Source: Raillietiella orientalis (taxonomy: Eukaryota). From it: 64,000 nucleotides of DNA. The stretch spans positions 310,001 to 374,000 of the forward strand of contig JAYWIR010000019.1 of NCBI GenBank assembly GCA_036172245.1, read 5' to 3'. The position numbers and the translations under genes are program-made. The notes under the pieces are model-generated. The model made no database searches. It was not told the origin of the DNA and saw only the letters and a list, made by a program, of their open reading frames with translations. This document shows, one piece after another, positions 1 through 12,720 of this stretch (the stretch's first letter is position 1; every line of letters starts with the position of its first letter).

Positions 1-829
1 GGGGTCTTTGGATTGGCCGTTCCTTTCCTTTCCAACGTACCTGTTCGTGGAACTCGCGTGGCCACTTTCAGGTGTGCGTTGGCTCTCAGTACTCGCCGCA
101 AGTGCAGTGTTTCTTCCCACTGCAAAGCAGAACACGTGCGAAGGTCTTCGATGTGAGGTCGCAGCAAGCAGTAGCGAGGGGAGCAGCCCAAACGATTTGA
201 AAATCAGCACCCTCGATTTAATAAGGATTCAATAAGGACATTTTTTTGTCATGCACCCGAGCGACCGGTGCCGTCGTCAACTTTTTGAAGGGTGCGGAGG
301 CAGAAGGCGGACTTTAGGAATGATACCTTGATAAGACTTGGATGGCCAAAATCACTTTGTAAACGTTGCCGTGTTTGATATGACAACCGCGTAAGCGATT
401 CCACTGAAGTTCCTATCGTGCTGTGAGTCATCAATTTGAGGAGTTATCTCAAAGAGCACGCTGCTCGTACAAAAGGGAATATCCAAAGATGAGGAACAGC
501 ACGCTCACTTGCAAGGCGGAAGATGCTTCCCGCGCTATGCGTGGGTGTACCACAACCACTTGGTTCGAAGAGAAACTGGAAATTTACCTTTTATTTTCAA
601 AAGCAGACCACTGAATCCAAGTGCCGGAATTTTCATTCGAAGAGTCCCCTTTCACCGGAGTTTGCTAATGAATTATGGAAAACACGTTCTCGAGTTCGAA
701 ATTTAGCTCAAGCGATGACGGACACCTCAAGATGAATGAAAAAGAAGGAAAGGAATGCAGCCAGTGAATTCAGTTGCAGAAAAGAATGCATTCATTGTAA
801 TTCGTGGCCATTTCGTTACGTGGATTAGA

Positions 830-3800
830 AGATGAACTCCAAAGCTCGTGTGAAGTTCTCACCCTCAGCAAAAATCAAAAGAACGTTCAGGGGAAAAAAA
901 TTGCTACCAGGGATAAAAACACAAACCACGAGGCAGATCCCAAGTAGATTTTTTTTTTTTTTTTTTCCCATTGAAATCCAATGGCCACGAGGTGTGAAAA
1001 TCCTAGAGTTTGGGGAATCTATTTCGATCTCTCCGATGGTCCTCCGACACCGTTGGATCAGCAAGACAATTTCTTTGGAGCAGCTGAGTCCTTCATTCTT
1101 TATAAGTGAAAGATTAGGACTCGATTGGCAGCTGGGCTGCTTACGCATTGGCGGGGACGAAAACAAGCTTGATAATGTCATCCGAAAGCATCGAAAACGA
1201 GAACGACATCCCGAAAGTGGATCCGTAGATGAATTCGAGTTTTGTTTACCTTCGCTAAGCCACAACAGCAACCACGTGGTTGCGGGTCTGGAAGTTTTGC
1301 AGGTCGAGCCTCCTGCATCCGGCCAGTGTTTGGTAAAATGAAGACATCTCACCTGCATCACGCTCGGCGGTGGGTGCTTCTTTGCAGAAGCAGGAAACCG
1401 GTTAGACTGGTTCGAAGAAGAAGCAAATGTCCTTCCATCCGCGAAATGGAAGAGGAGATTCCTCGGAAATTGAGCGTCGATTAGGAGGCACAGGGAAGAT
1501 CGCGAAGACGTAATAAGAAACGGAGTGGCGGCTACAAAAGAGTAGATCGCAAGAATTTTGGGGTCCGTTGCTTGACGACAGTGGTTGCCCAAACCATCCC
1601 TGAACAAAACTTTGTCGATGTTCTGATCCCGAATTGCATTCTGAGCCATTCCGTGCGTGATTTCGAAGTGGGCCCTGCACTGTACGGAAAACCGTTGAAC
1701 TTGCTTAAGTCTGTGACTAAGTGTTGACGTGTCGTGTAAGCACACAAGAGGATGGAGACAAAGAAATCTTCCCGTGGACTCCGTGCCTCTTCGGGGGAAT
1801 GCCGAATGCCCCCCATCACTTTTTTGCGACGGTGACATACAAATTTTCATGAATCTTCCGGAAATTCTCAATTTTATCTCACTTGGGCTCAGGATTACTT
1901 ATTCCTTTGCAGACCCGGTCATGATTGGCTGCATACGGTTTGTGGTCAAAGACGAGTTCCGACCCGAAGGGATGGTCTTTTAAAGACCTGATAACTGTTC
2001 TTGCAGTTTGCACATTTCGAGGATGATTTTCCCCTGGAGGAAAGCAACTTTTACCTCCAGACACTGGAAGATAAGAAACAAATTCTTCGATGCTCATCCG
2101 CGTTTGGCAGATGATGGGGAAACGGAATTTGGGTCAACGAGACTGAGCATCCATGAGGCATTTTCTAAGACTCTTTTGGTGCCAACCCTCAACAAAAATC
2201 GTGAACACACGATCTTTTGATGCTCTTTTGATGATTTCTTTTCTGTCTTCCTCGAAACTGTTGCAGTAGCATCTGTTCCTTTTTTTTCTGGCTGTCATTG
2301 CCCCACGCGTTGGACTGCGAAAGCTATAGAGGATCGTGGGTCTTTTCCTACCTTCCAACATGTCGCCGTTGTATGACCTTCTTTGGATTCAGAACCTGGC
2401 GCGGAGGAAAGAGGATTCATTGTGAGCTGTAGCTTGGATCTGTGGACGAAAATCGTGAAGCCACAAACTTCCTTCGACTAAATTTGGCTTCTTCCTTTCC
2501 ATAATTATCAGTCACGTGGTCGAAATCACCTATCGACAGTATTCCGAAGAATCTCGAAGAATCGATGCTCATCGGCGGTTCCACGAGGTCAGGACGCCGT
2601 CCGCTGCAGAATGACCTGAGAACGTCGTTTCATATACTCCGATACGACCGCTTCTCGACGGAAGGCCCCTGAGTGACAGACCTGCACAGTGGGGGCAATG
2701 CCTCAGTTCTGCGCCCTCCTACCTATGCTCTAAAGATAGGGAAGCGGTCTTTAGTCTTGACAGTCGCAACTCTTAAACAGCGAAAAAGAGGATGAGAAAT
2801 CAGCGGCAATCTGTTTCCTTCTCTGCATCCTCCGTGATGGAGGACCATCACCGCTCTCAGCCGAGACGGCAAATCCATATGCGCACACGCAAAATGGAAG
2901 GTGCATTGCAAACTCACATGTGTTTTACAGGCAGCAACTTCCGTTCCTCTGCCGATCGTTGCACTGCAACGAAATATGTGGTCACGGTCGTGTGCTGTGA
3001 CAGTGCAGAGTGTAAGGTGCAGTGGGTCGGTGCGGTCAAGGTGCAGTCGTCACATGACCAGCAATAGGCAGGTTCTCATGACGTCACAACGAATTCATAA
3101 CATGGGACGGTGGTATTTTATCTTAAGCCTCCTTCCACATGTGGGTAAACCTCGCAGAGTTGCGTCGAAAAGGTTGTTTGCCGCCTGTCTGGGCAACCTG
3201 GAAATGTATGAGAAAGGAGTGTGCATCCAGAAAAACACACAAATTGACGTTTCCAATTAAGAACTGAGGACGTCAAAGCATACATCACCTCCGAAGATGA
3301 GGATTTGATCCTGGGCTGCGCACCCTGCACTCGTGAAGGAAATTGCACTCTTCCAGCTGTTTCACTTCTTTTGTTTCTCCTTTGAATCGTGAGGCCAAGG
3401 GGAAGCAGGGGGAATGTTTGCCGAGCTGGTGATGCACCACCAATGAGATGCGTTCTGATTCCAGAAGGAAAAGCAAAATCAATCATCTCGCTTGTGATTA
3501 GCTCACTACGTATGCGTTCCAAGTTGTTGGGAACGAAAGGCATCGCAATTTCGCGGAACACTGCAACTGTATCACTGATGTCGCATAGCAGCCCCAGCAG
3601 TGCAACAACTTATTTGTACTGCTGCTGCTGCTGACTTGCAATTAGCATCATAATAAAGATTTAAATTAATAGCTTGCTCCCACAGAGGCAAGTGAAAGCC
3701 AAATGCCTATTTGAATACCCGATGGCACGGTGGAAACGGTGGAAGCATAGTTTACACATTACTCCAAGACGCGTTGTACGAGCCCTAGGAGTGTACAGTC

Positions 3801-5160
3801 CAACAGAATGCTTTTCACACGTTAGCTGTTTGTTGCCTCCCTTGAGAATCAAAAGAAAAACGTTAAAAGCGTTGATTTTTATCATTTCAGTTGAGGCAAA
3901 AAAAAAAAAAAAAAAGCTTTTGGTCCATTGGCAGCATTCAGTCAATTCAAACAGTTCCACAGCTTCATGCTCGTTTCCGAAAAGTTCGTCTTCCCGCTCC
4001 TCTTCTTCATTCACGAAGATTTCAACCTCGGAAGAATCCAACCCACTTGAATCGTGTGTTCGTGTTCTCTTCAAAAACAGACAGGCTGACACTGCTCCAC
4101 AAAATCGAAATTCATTTATAGTGTTTTGCCTGGCAGTCGCCGTGTTTCCATCCCTCTACACGAATGCGCGTCCTACGAGGGTCACCACTGTGCGTTCAGA
4201 GAGAACGGGCGGTTTCTTCTACCCAACACTGCTGAGGTCAAGAAAAACATCCTAAAAAATCGCCGAAGAGTTTTCGGATCCTAAAACTGTGGTCCAGTCA
4301 GCTTTTGAAGCTCACCTAATGAGGAAGCGTTTTCAAAACACGCTGAATCGTTTGAGAGAAATATTTCGAGGGATTATCGGAAGCTGGGATTTCCTCTGTT
4401 TTTCTGTGAGTGGAAAATCTGTTTGCTTCCGAGGAGTGGATCACCCACCAAATCGCGGAACTTCTGGATGCCCCTACGGAAAGCTAAAAGACGGAGCTGG
4501 TCGAGCATCGTTCTTTTCGTCTTTCCAGTAAATTCCGGATGCCCGTTGTCTCTTTGCTCCACCCCCGAGGAGTTCAGCCTGCTCTCCCGGAAACGAGATT
4601 TGAGCGCAGCGCGTTGCCACGGTCTCGCAGAAGGGAAACCTCGGAGGATGCACAAACACTCGGGACTGGATCCCCGCTCTCTGCAGGAGATCGACAAGAG
4701 TCGGAAGCTTTTCGAGCGACTGCAGCCACACTGCTCCACAAACAGAATCTGCATATGGATGGGATGCTAGGGATGAGATTCGTAACGAGATGCAAGGGGT
4801 GAAGCGGTTCCGCTCTCTCAGATGTCATGGGTGTTAGCTGGCTGGTAGCCGTAGGTTTCGAATTCCGACGCAGGGATCGAACTCGCTCCGAGGATGAACT
4901 CAATCCCGCACGCAAAAAAAAAAAAAAAAAGAAGGGGAAGAAAACAGGCATGGATTCGAGTCCTTGTTTTGGCGGTGAGGGCAGACAAGTCCCATCGCTT
5001 TCCGATGAAAATACCATGTCAAATAACGAATGTTTCTTCGCGTGGGACTCCGCTCGAGAAGCCACGAGCTTATGCAGTGGATGAACGACCGGAACGCGCC
5101 ACCGTGCCATGCGGGGTCGCCATGATCTCCGACGATATCAGTCCGAACTGGAAGGTGAAA
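830..5160. other. Possible exons of unidentified spliced gene(s)
   Basis: Several coding-looking stretches (e.g. - strand EEDRKEIIKRASKDRVFTIFVEGW ~2170-2260; - strand acidic DSSEVEIFVNEEEEREDELF ~3980-4040; + strand SLQEIDKSRKLFERLQPH ~4680-4730) separated by T/A-run spacers. I could not build a consistent exon chain or recognise a family. Confidence 0.2.
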
Positions 5161-5289
5161 CTTTAGGTTGAATCCAAGGTCAGGCTTCGGATGCCAAATT
5201 TCCGTTCCCCCAGATTCCAATGCGAAGTCATGGCGGTGTGGCAACGATTTTTTTTTTTTTTTTTATTGCAATGCTAATAATCTCCGAGT

Positions 5290-5340
5290 CAAGCAGCACA
5301 TGGCACCACGTGTGCCAAGCAGCACGGGCACCACGTGTGC
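5290..5340 (+). repeat. Tandem duplication of a 25-26 bp unit, each copy containing CACGTG
   Basis: caagcagcacatggcaccacgtgtgc (5290-5315) immediately followed by caagcagcacgggcaccacgtgtgc (5316-5340). Confidence 0.85.
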
Positions 5341-6644
5341 CTTTCGTGTGCGATCATGCCAGTGCGAATTTATTTTTTTTTCCTGATTATTGGGCATCGG
5401 CCATGGCTCCATAATTAGAAAAGTCGATTTGCATACGAGGGAAATCTCGGATGCCGAAAATTTCGGCGGGCGCCCATACGACTGACCCCTCCGCGGAATC
5501 AGACGCGAAGACGTTCTAACGGCACCAGGTGGGGAGGTCCTCCAAGGCGGGAGGAACGAATTCCCGACGGCCGCGCAACCTCCTGCGCTGTGCACGTTGC
5601 CGTTGGCGCCTGAACGCCCTCACGGAGCCACTCGCAACGCGGCGCTGGTTCTCGCCGACCGTGACCACAACTCCCGCGGCCGGCGCGCGCGCGCTCTGCC
5701 GCCGTCTCGGAGCCACCGCGCCTGCGGCGAAAACTCCTGCCTCCCCGTTTCCCGAAACCGACGTAGCGTTCTTCCTCCTGGCACGCTTGGAGGGAAGTCC
5801 GGACTCGTGATCTCCCGTCCTGCTTTGAGGAGGGAGGGGGGGGGATTTCCCTCCAGAACTGGGAAGCCCGAAACGGACCGGCCGACTTGGAAACTGGGGA
5901 AGCGCGCGTCGGCCTTGGAGGAGGAAAATCCTCAGACTCTCCAGCCTCCGTTGGGATCTGGATTACGTGAAACCACGTGGTGCGTCAGCAAAGTGAGGAT
6001 GAACATTCCTCGTCGGAGGAGGAAGCTGGAAGGCGCGCACTGCGAGGTTCCGCTGCAGCGAAAGCTCCAGAAGATTCGGAAAAAAAAAGAAAAACTCCCT
6101 TTTAGCGGTCTTCGATTCTTGGTCGTTTTGTCATCAGCCGTACAGCCCGCATCCATGCCGCGGCCCATAAGTTCTGGGACTTGGTTTTCTGCGGCCGCAC
6201 CATTCACGTACCTGCGGGCAGGGGAACCTTGTACGAATAGGTGTACAAAACGGCGTGGCTGTGTGTTCCGCTGTCAAGAAGGGACGTGTTTTTTCGCACG
6301 ACACTTTGGCCCTCTCAAGGAATTTTCGAGATGGACGTCAAGGGAGAAGGCGGTGCCAGGTCGGATCCTCGGACGCAGTGCCACTGGGAGGGAGTGTTCT
6401 GGGAGTACATGCGGGGGAAAGGGGGAGGGGGGCTCTCAGCCACGAGTGGTGCCGAACGGGGGTTCGGCGGCTTCGAGACGGGAGGAGGCGGTCGCAGCCG
6501 GAGCAGAATTCTTTCAAAGAGGAGACCGACGAGTGGCAGCGCGCACTCCCGGAGTGCAGAAAACTGAGCGCGCCCTTCACCCCGCGTTCCCTGCCGCGAA
6601 AGGGTAGGGAAACGCGCGAATTCCGTCGCAAATTCCGCCCCGGC

Positions 6645-6706
6645 GGTCGGGTGGCTGCGGTCCTCGCAAGGCGCGGTAGCAGACGCCGCGGGTTCGAATC
6701 TCCGCC
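6645..6706 (+). mobile_element. tRNA-derived (SINE-like) head / tRNA pseudogene with Pol III B-box
   Basis: GGTTCGAATC at 6691-6700 in CGCGGGTTCGAATCTCCGCC; upstream GTGGCTGCGGTC...AAGGCGC resembles the D-arm/A-box of tRNA-Leu. No complete cloverleaf. Confidence 0.4.
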
Positions 6707-6899
6707 AGGAGGATCGACATACTGCTGGCCCTTGTCCTCATTGGCGGCTCACCCTTCATTGAGGATATGTCATGGGTTTCGAGTCCCTCCCCATTACCCC
6801 CCTTCCTCAGAATCACGCCGGATGACCTCAAGGCTTCGAGTGCGGCACTGGTGGAGCGCGCGTGCGTGTCGGAAACCGGATGCTCCCGCTCACTGACTG

Positions 6900-7500
6900 G
6901 AGATCAGGAGTTGATCCTCTGGATCCTTCCAGGAATCAAGAAGCGCCGGTTTCCTTGGGGGTTCCCTTCCGGTTGGGACCTTCCATTTCGTACCATGAAG
7001 CTGGTCGGCACCCCCTTCAGGGGTTGCCCCTCCATAGTGTGAAGAAGCGCGCTGCTCTCTTCAGGGAAATTGGGAGATATCCCTTTCCGGTTCTCTTCAG
7101 AGGAATAACAAGGAGCGGATCGTTTCCGGGTTCCCTTCAGAGAGAAAACAATGGAGTGGCCCCCTTTGGAGACCCTCCAAAGAGGGTAAAGAAGAGATTC
7201 CCTCGGAGTACTCCTCCAGAGACAACCAGGGTGAAGATCTTCGGGAATCCCTCCCCAGGCGCGAGAGGAATGGACTCCCTTCTCCGGAGCCCTTCCTGGA
7301 TTCATGAGGAGGTCTCTAACTTGAAGAGTAACACGCAACCTCGGGTGGCGTGGACGATGTCAAAGAGTTCTGTGAGCCTCCCCTGAGTAGGTGAACGGTT
7401 CTTCAGCGCTTGGAAAACCAAAAAGGAAATACGTCCCGACATCGGATCACCCCCCGTACTCTCGCCACTTCTTAACCGTTTCCCATCCCTTAGATGAAGT
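6900..7500 (+). mobile_element. Decayed Penelope-like retroelement fragment (diverged relative of 27360-28390)
   Basis: 7030-7430 aligns by eye with the reverse complement of ~27940-28330 (shared aagaagcgYgctgct, cttcagggaaaYtggga, ccttcctggattca, gtcaaaga, gaacggttctt). Family assignment comes from the other copy. Confidence 0.45.
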
Positions 7501-9230
7501 GGCAGATGAGAGGGGGCCGTCAATGACGTTTAGCTAGCTATGCTTTGTAAGAGATCCCTGTAAGAACACTACTCCAGTGCCGTTCAGAAGTCAGAATCCC
7601 GCGCCAAGAAGTGCACAGAGGACGCATGGACCCCATTTTGGATATACAAACTGTAGAAAAAAAAAAAAAAATCATTCCATGTTTCTTGTTTTTGTTTTAA
7701 TTTTGCATGATTTTAGTGCCAAGACGTCTGGACCGCAGTGCGCAGAGTCCTTTGACAGACAGGCATGCCGACACGCACTTTGGTTCGTGTCTTCTGTCCC
7801 TCGGAAATTTCAACGGAAGCCGCTGCCATCAGTGCGGAATTGGCTGCGGCATTCATTGACGCTGATGCAAAAAGCGAATTAGCAGATTGAGGAGATAATT
7901 TGCAATGGAGCGACTGCATCCAACCGTGTTGTCGTGAAGCAACAGCAGCAACAGATGTCATCGCGGCACTCTGTTTTTTCGGTTCCCTAAGACACCAGCA
8001 CTGACTGCGATCGGAAAAAAAGGAACCCGGCAGCGATTTGTGGTCAAAATCCTTCCGAGCCTGCGCCACAGGCAACAACAGCTCACCCGAGCAATATCTC
8101 ATGCCGAGAAAAATCCAAGATTTTTCCGTGCCTTTTACTGCACTCTCGTGCGTTTCGCGGCAACGGGGTTGCCAGGTTTTCAAAATCATTCCACGGGTCA
8201 GTCGGAGCACGCTTTTTTCCATCTCCTCCATAAACAACGACTTTTTTCCAGCTCAGTTCGAAGCCGCTCGTCCCATCCCCAAATGGATCCTTCCTTGGCA
8301 TTTAAGGCCAAGGAGCCGTTTAACTGTGGAACATGGAAGGATTCAAAGCCATGAAATTTGGAGCTCAAATCTGAACCTATTTTTCCGAACATGCATAGCA
8401 CTGGGACCAATGGCTCTCTTTTACTAAAAGCAGAGAAGTCGTCGCCGGTGCTCCCAGCTCCGAGTCCTCGGCCTCCTGAACTTTCCAGAATGCCGTCCCA
8501 AAGCCTCGACCTTCCACGAAACCACAAGCGTTCCGGACGTCTTCGAGCCAGCAGAAACAACCAATCTGAGAGAGAAGAAAAGAAAAGGAAAGAAACGGTG
8601 CTGTTCAGCTCACGTTTGTTGATGTGTTCGAAAAAAAAAAAAAACGAGAAGATGGACAAGAAACCAGTTCGGGGTCGAAGAGAGGCGGAGCTGCGGTTTC
8701 GCCGGCACCCTCAAAAGGGAGCGCGGTAGTGCGTGTTGGGTACCCCTCCACCCACTCAGAGTGGGGTTCGGTCCGCGAGAACGTGTGCAGGCATTTTGCC
8801 ACCGGAAGTGCCGAAACGGATGCGGCACTCCTGGCGTGAGAAAGCAGCCCATCTTTCCTCTCTGCTCCGGACGGCGCGCCCTTGAGGACTTTGCTGCATC
8901 CGCTGCGCGCCTTTCGGGGAAGCCCATCTGCTCCGACGAAGAGATGTGCAAGTCCGAGATCTCGACCGCCGCCGACCGCAAGTCGCGCTGCTGAGGAACA
9001 GCGTGGAAACTCGAGATGCAGACGCGAAGACGCTGTCTGGCAAGAAAATCATCGTTTCTGTGAGGTTTCCCCGGATGCATCCCATAATCATTGATGTCGA
9101 AGGAGAAAAAAAAAAAATTCTGGAACTTAAACGTCCATTAGCGCTCCTGTAATTATTCTGCATCCATTTGTTTTTATTTTTTTATTTTTGTTGAGGATTC
9201 CCATATTCTTCATCATTATCAGACAGCTTG

Positions 9231-9280
9231 TACAGAAGATCCCCGTATAACGCGGGGAGTATTGTGTTCCGCGTTATAGG
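9231..9280. mobile_element. Tc1/mariner (pogo/Tigger-like) MITE end
   Basis: TA-CAGAAGATCCCCGTATAACGCGG resembles Tigger-type termini; internal palindrome tataacgcgg (9246-9255) / ccgcgttata (9269-9278). Partner terminus not clearly found. Confidence 0.35.
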
Positions 9281-9544
9281 CGCCCTATGGGTTATACATG
9301 AATAAAACGACCGCATTGATGGAAGACATAAAATGCATCTTGAACTCTATGACAACAAATATTCTGCGCTTGAGATACATTTTAATAAACATTCTAGTAG
9401 AAGCACTAAGTTTTCTACTGTTCCACTTTAAAACACAAAGAAAGAAATAATTATTTCCTAACTTATAGTGGAAAAAAACAAAAAAAAATAGAGTTTAGAG
9501 CTGATTTGCATTCGGTCGAAACAAATCTCTAGTTGCTGCTCCAT

Positions 9545-9709
9545 CGTACTCGCCGTTAGAAAGTACATCTCGCCGAGCTTTGTGGGTCCCGAAAATCTGA
9601 AGCTGAGTTCAGCCTGCTTGAACCACGTGTTGGTGTTTAGAAACAGCTGAGCTGACACCACACCACGAAAGCAAAATCCATCCGCAGCGTCCTGCAGGGC
9701 AGCCTCCAT
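9545..9709 (-). mobile_element. Possible Ty3/gypsy Gag N-terminal relic
   Basis: LFLNTNTWFKQAELSFRFSGPTKLGEMYFL resembles the 'WFxQAExxFxxxGIT...KY' motif of invertebrate gypsy Gag proteins; short and isolated. Confidence 0.3.
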
Positions 9710-11299
9710 GTTTTCCGCCTCTTCTACGAGTCTGCATTATAGCGTGCTTGCGCCGACGCAAAGTTCTACGGAAGGGTTTCTACGAAGGCTACGCCGGAAG
9801 AAAACTCCCAAACCCTGGTGGTGGCAGACCAACCGCTTGTGACGAAAGTGACACGGAGATGGAGCCGGATCAGCAGTGCAACCACAGATTCGATCTCCCT
9901 TTCCAAGAGGAGAGAGTTTGAGGGAGACGCCGATCTGCGAACGGACGAACTTCGCATCGTATGCAAGAACAAATCACCTACCGAGGTAGAGATGAGGCCA
10001 CGCAAGCTACCCAGGTTTTCCAGCTGCTGCACCGGATGCTCACAGGAAAGCATTTTTGTGTGTATGTGATGGCAATGATGGAGTGGAGTGAAGTGGAGGC
10101 CATCTATTTTCCAAAAGCGATACAAGCGTCCCAAGATCCAGATTCCGTGGACGTAACTCATCAAGACGGACATATCTTGAGGAGCCATTCTCCGTGCACG
10201 AAGATTGGTTCCAAGTTGATGAAGCACACTGAGGGGCCAACAGACAAAGACCTGGAGGTCTACAGTTCTATTGAAGACGATCTTGGGACACAATCCATCG
10301 TTGTCATGTTTGTGTGTGTGTGTGTTCTTTTTCTTGTAGTCACTGCTGCAGTCCCTGTGATTCCAGTGCTGGCAAGAGAAGAGGAGTACAGGAGGCAGTC
10401 AGCTCGCGATATTCCATTTGCTCGCTCAGAGTGCTTCGGGCGTCCGGCCGTCTCGCCGGAACCGTTCTTACTGAGCTAGCGGTCTGCGGCACCTGCCCCT
10501 GTGAGTAAGGTGAGCAAAATGGTGACCTTCCTCATTCATCAAGTGGGAATCTGTGCACTGATTTTTTCCCGCTGAAGTACGGTCTCTCGGGAAAAAAGGA
10601 AATCCATTTCCTTGGGAGGACGAGGGACGAGGAGTTGCACAGAAGAAAGAAAGAGACAGGAAAGACAACTCTTCGCTTGCGTATACCCGAGGCAGCTTCG
10701 AGGAACAAGAATCTCGATGTACAATCCCCATCCTCCCTGAAATGACCAATCCGAGGGCGTTGTGGACCCGTCTTCTTCATTCGAAATTGGGTTATCTTCT
10801 CCGGACAGGAGAACGTTACGGAAGCGCTCAAACCCTCCATGACCTTTACGTCTCGGTCATCCAGACCGGTTCACAGTCCACAGAGAATGAAGCGAATGAC
10901 ACTCTAGGCGGAGATTCCAATCGAACGAACGTGTTTTCCGGTCTCGGGACACCTGCATTTCTCCCAGGACAACTCCCACTTCGCTTCCGCCTGGTGGCCA
11001 GTGGATTTCCCTTTTACTGTTTCCTAACCTTAGTCTTGAGCCATTATGCTGGTAGTTCTTGGGAATGGGAGGCTCGCATTTCGGCGAGAGCAGGGGAGTT
11101 CGCATCCATTTTCGCAAGAGCTCCTGTCGGAGGAACCGAAATTTTCAGCAGTTTCCGCTGCCGATGGGATCTTCTTTTCTCCTGAAAAACAAAAAAAAAC
11201 AGCAGCTTCGAAAAAAACAAAAAAAAGGACTGGACAAAAATGAGTTGCAGCCGGCTTGCGCCATCCACCTGCAAACTTTGCATTCCCGACGGAAGCTCT

Positions 11300-12720
11300 G
11301 GCCTACCTACCGCCTTTAGCGGCTGCAGAGTACCGAGTCCTCTTGAAAGACCTGTGTGCTCCTCGTAAGGATGGTGGACTGGGCCTCCTTACGCTGGAGC
11401 GGATGGAGAGTCAGCTACAATTCAGAAGACTCGCCCTCGCGGAGAAGTTTTGGACCACGCCCTGATGAGCGCCAGAACGCCTTCTCCTCCGGAAAAGCAA
11501 CCGGCTGCGAGGGACCGTCTTCCATCCTCGTGGACACCGACCCAGTTTGAGGCAACGTGGCCTTCAACTGCGTGAAATGGTTGCCTTGCTGGAGGAGAAC
11601 ACCTGGATCTCCTCCCTCCCCGCGAACTGTACTGCCTGGCTCCAGGAGTCAGGTTTTCGCCTAGGAGAAGATCCACGGCTCGAGAGAGGTGGAGAACGCC
11701 AGCCTCCGGAAAGGAAGGAGCGCTCGACAGCCTCTGCAGGAGATCGTGTGCAGCCCACGCAAGCTGCTGTGGACATCCCAGTGCTGCCCTTTCTGAGAGA
11801 ATCGAGGAAGAGTGACTTTCCGGAAAGGTGGGAAGTGGCCTTTGCATTGCAAGAAGAAAGAAAAACTGCTAAATGCGTGGACAACTCGGCAAATCACGGA
11901 GACGCTGGCATCCCGAGTGTCCCACCCCACGGACTTTTACGCTGGGACGAGCTGCTTGCGATACCTCCGGAGGAGATGAAGTGACCCCCCCCTGTGTTGG
12001 GACAGTGGCACCCTCCCCTTCAAGTGGCAAGAATTAGCGTTGCTGGTGTTGCATTGGGGAAACCCATGCAAAACACACCTTCGTCATTGGACACGGGGGA
12101 CTGTGGCTGCCATTTGCGATAGGTGTGGCGAGGAGACCTTCTTGCACCTCCTGCTGGACTGTGCCGCCCTCCGACCGCTTTGAAATTGCCTCGCGACGAC
12201 CCTAGGATTTCCGGCGGGCGACCCCCCAGGAGCATTTTGAAACGCCTCTTCATGCGTGCCGCTCTGCCGCCAACAGCGAGGGACGCGGCTGGCGGCAGAG
12301 CGGCACGCATGAAGACTGTCAACGGAATCCTGGCAGCCTGGAACGCGGAAAAAGGTCAGAATGGCAGGGACTCCATCCACTGGGCGGCATTCTTTTTGAA
12401 GACCGCCTCGAGATGGCCCTACGTGGGAGAAGAAACAGCAAAGCTTGTAGCATTCTGGACAGAATGCAGAGGAACATCTCACGGCGAAATGTGATCCCTT
12501 CCCTCACTCCCACAACTATTGGACGCTGTTTGGCCCCACACAACTATTCCTCTCGTTCTGTTTTTTGTTTGCTCGTTTTACCTTTCCCGTCGCCGCGGAA
12601 AGGAACCTCGCCGGTCTACGTACCGGTCTTGGCAAGTTTTACGAACTTGGTAGAACCGAGTGTTCTACCACCTTATTTCAAATTGGTATGACTTTTATTA
12701 TTATTTTAATGATAACATAT
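11300..12720 (+). mobile_element. Non-LTR retrotransposon relic, L1/Tx1-like ORF2 3' half
   Basis: LKDLCAPRKDGGLGLL (post-RT PxxxGGLG motif) at ~11343-11390; CCHC zf-RVT motif ICDRCGEETFLHLLLDC at ~12111-12163; interrupted by stops and frameshifts. Confidence 0.8.

Noticed and set aside
2134..2270. Resemblance of RKEIIKRASKDRVFTIF to the TTLL3/8 N-terminus
   Set aside because: Short and weak; no other TTLL motifs found in neighbouring exons.
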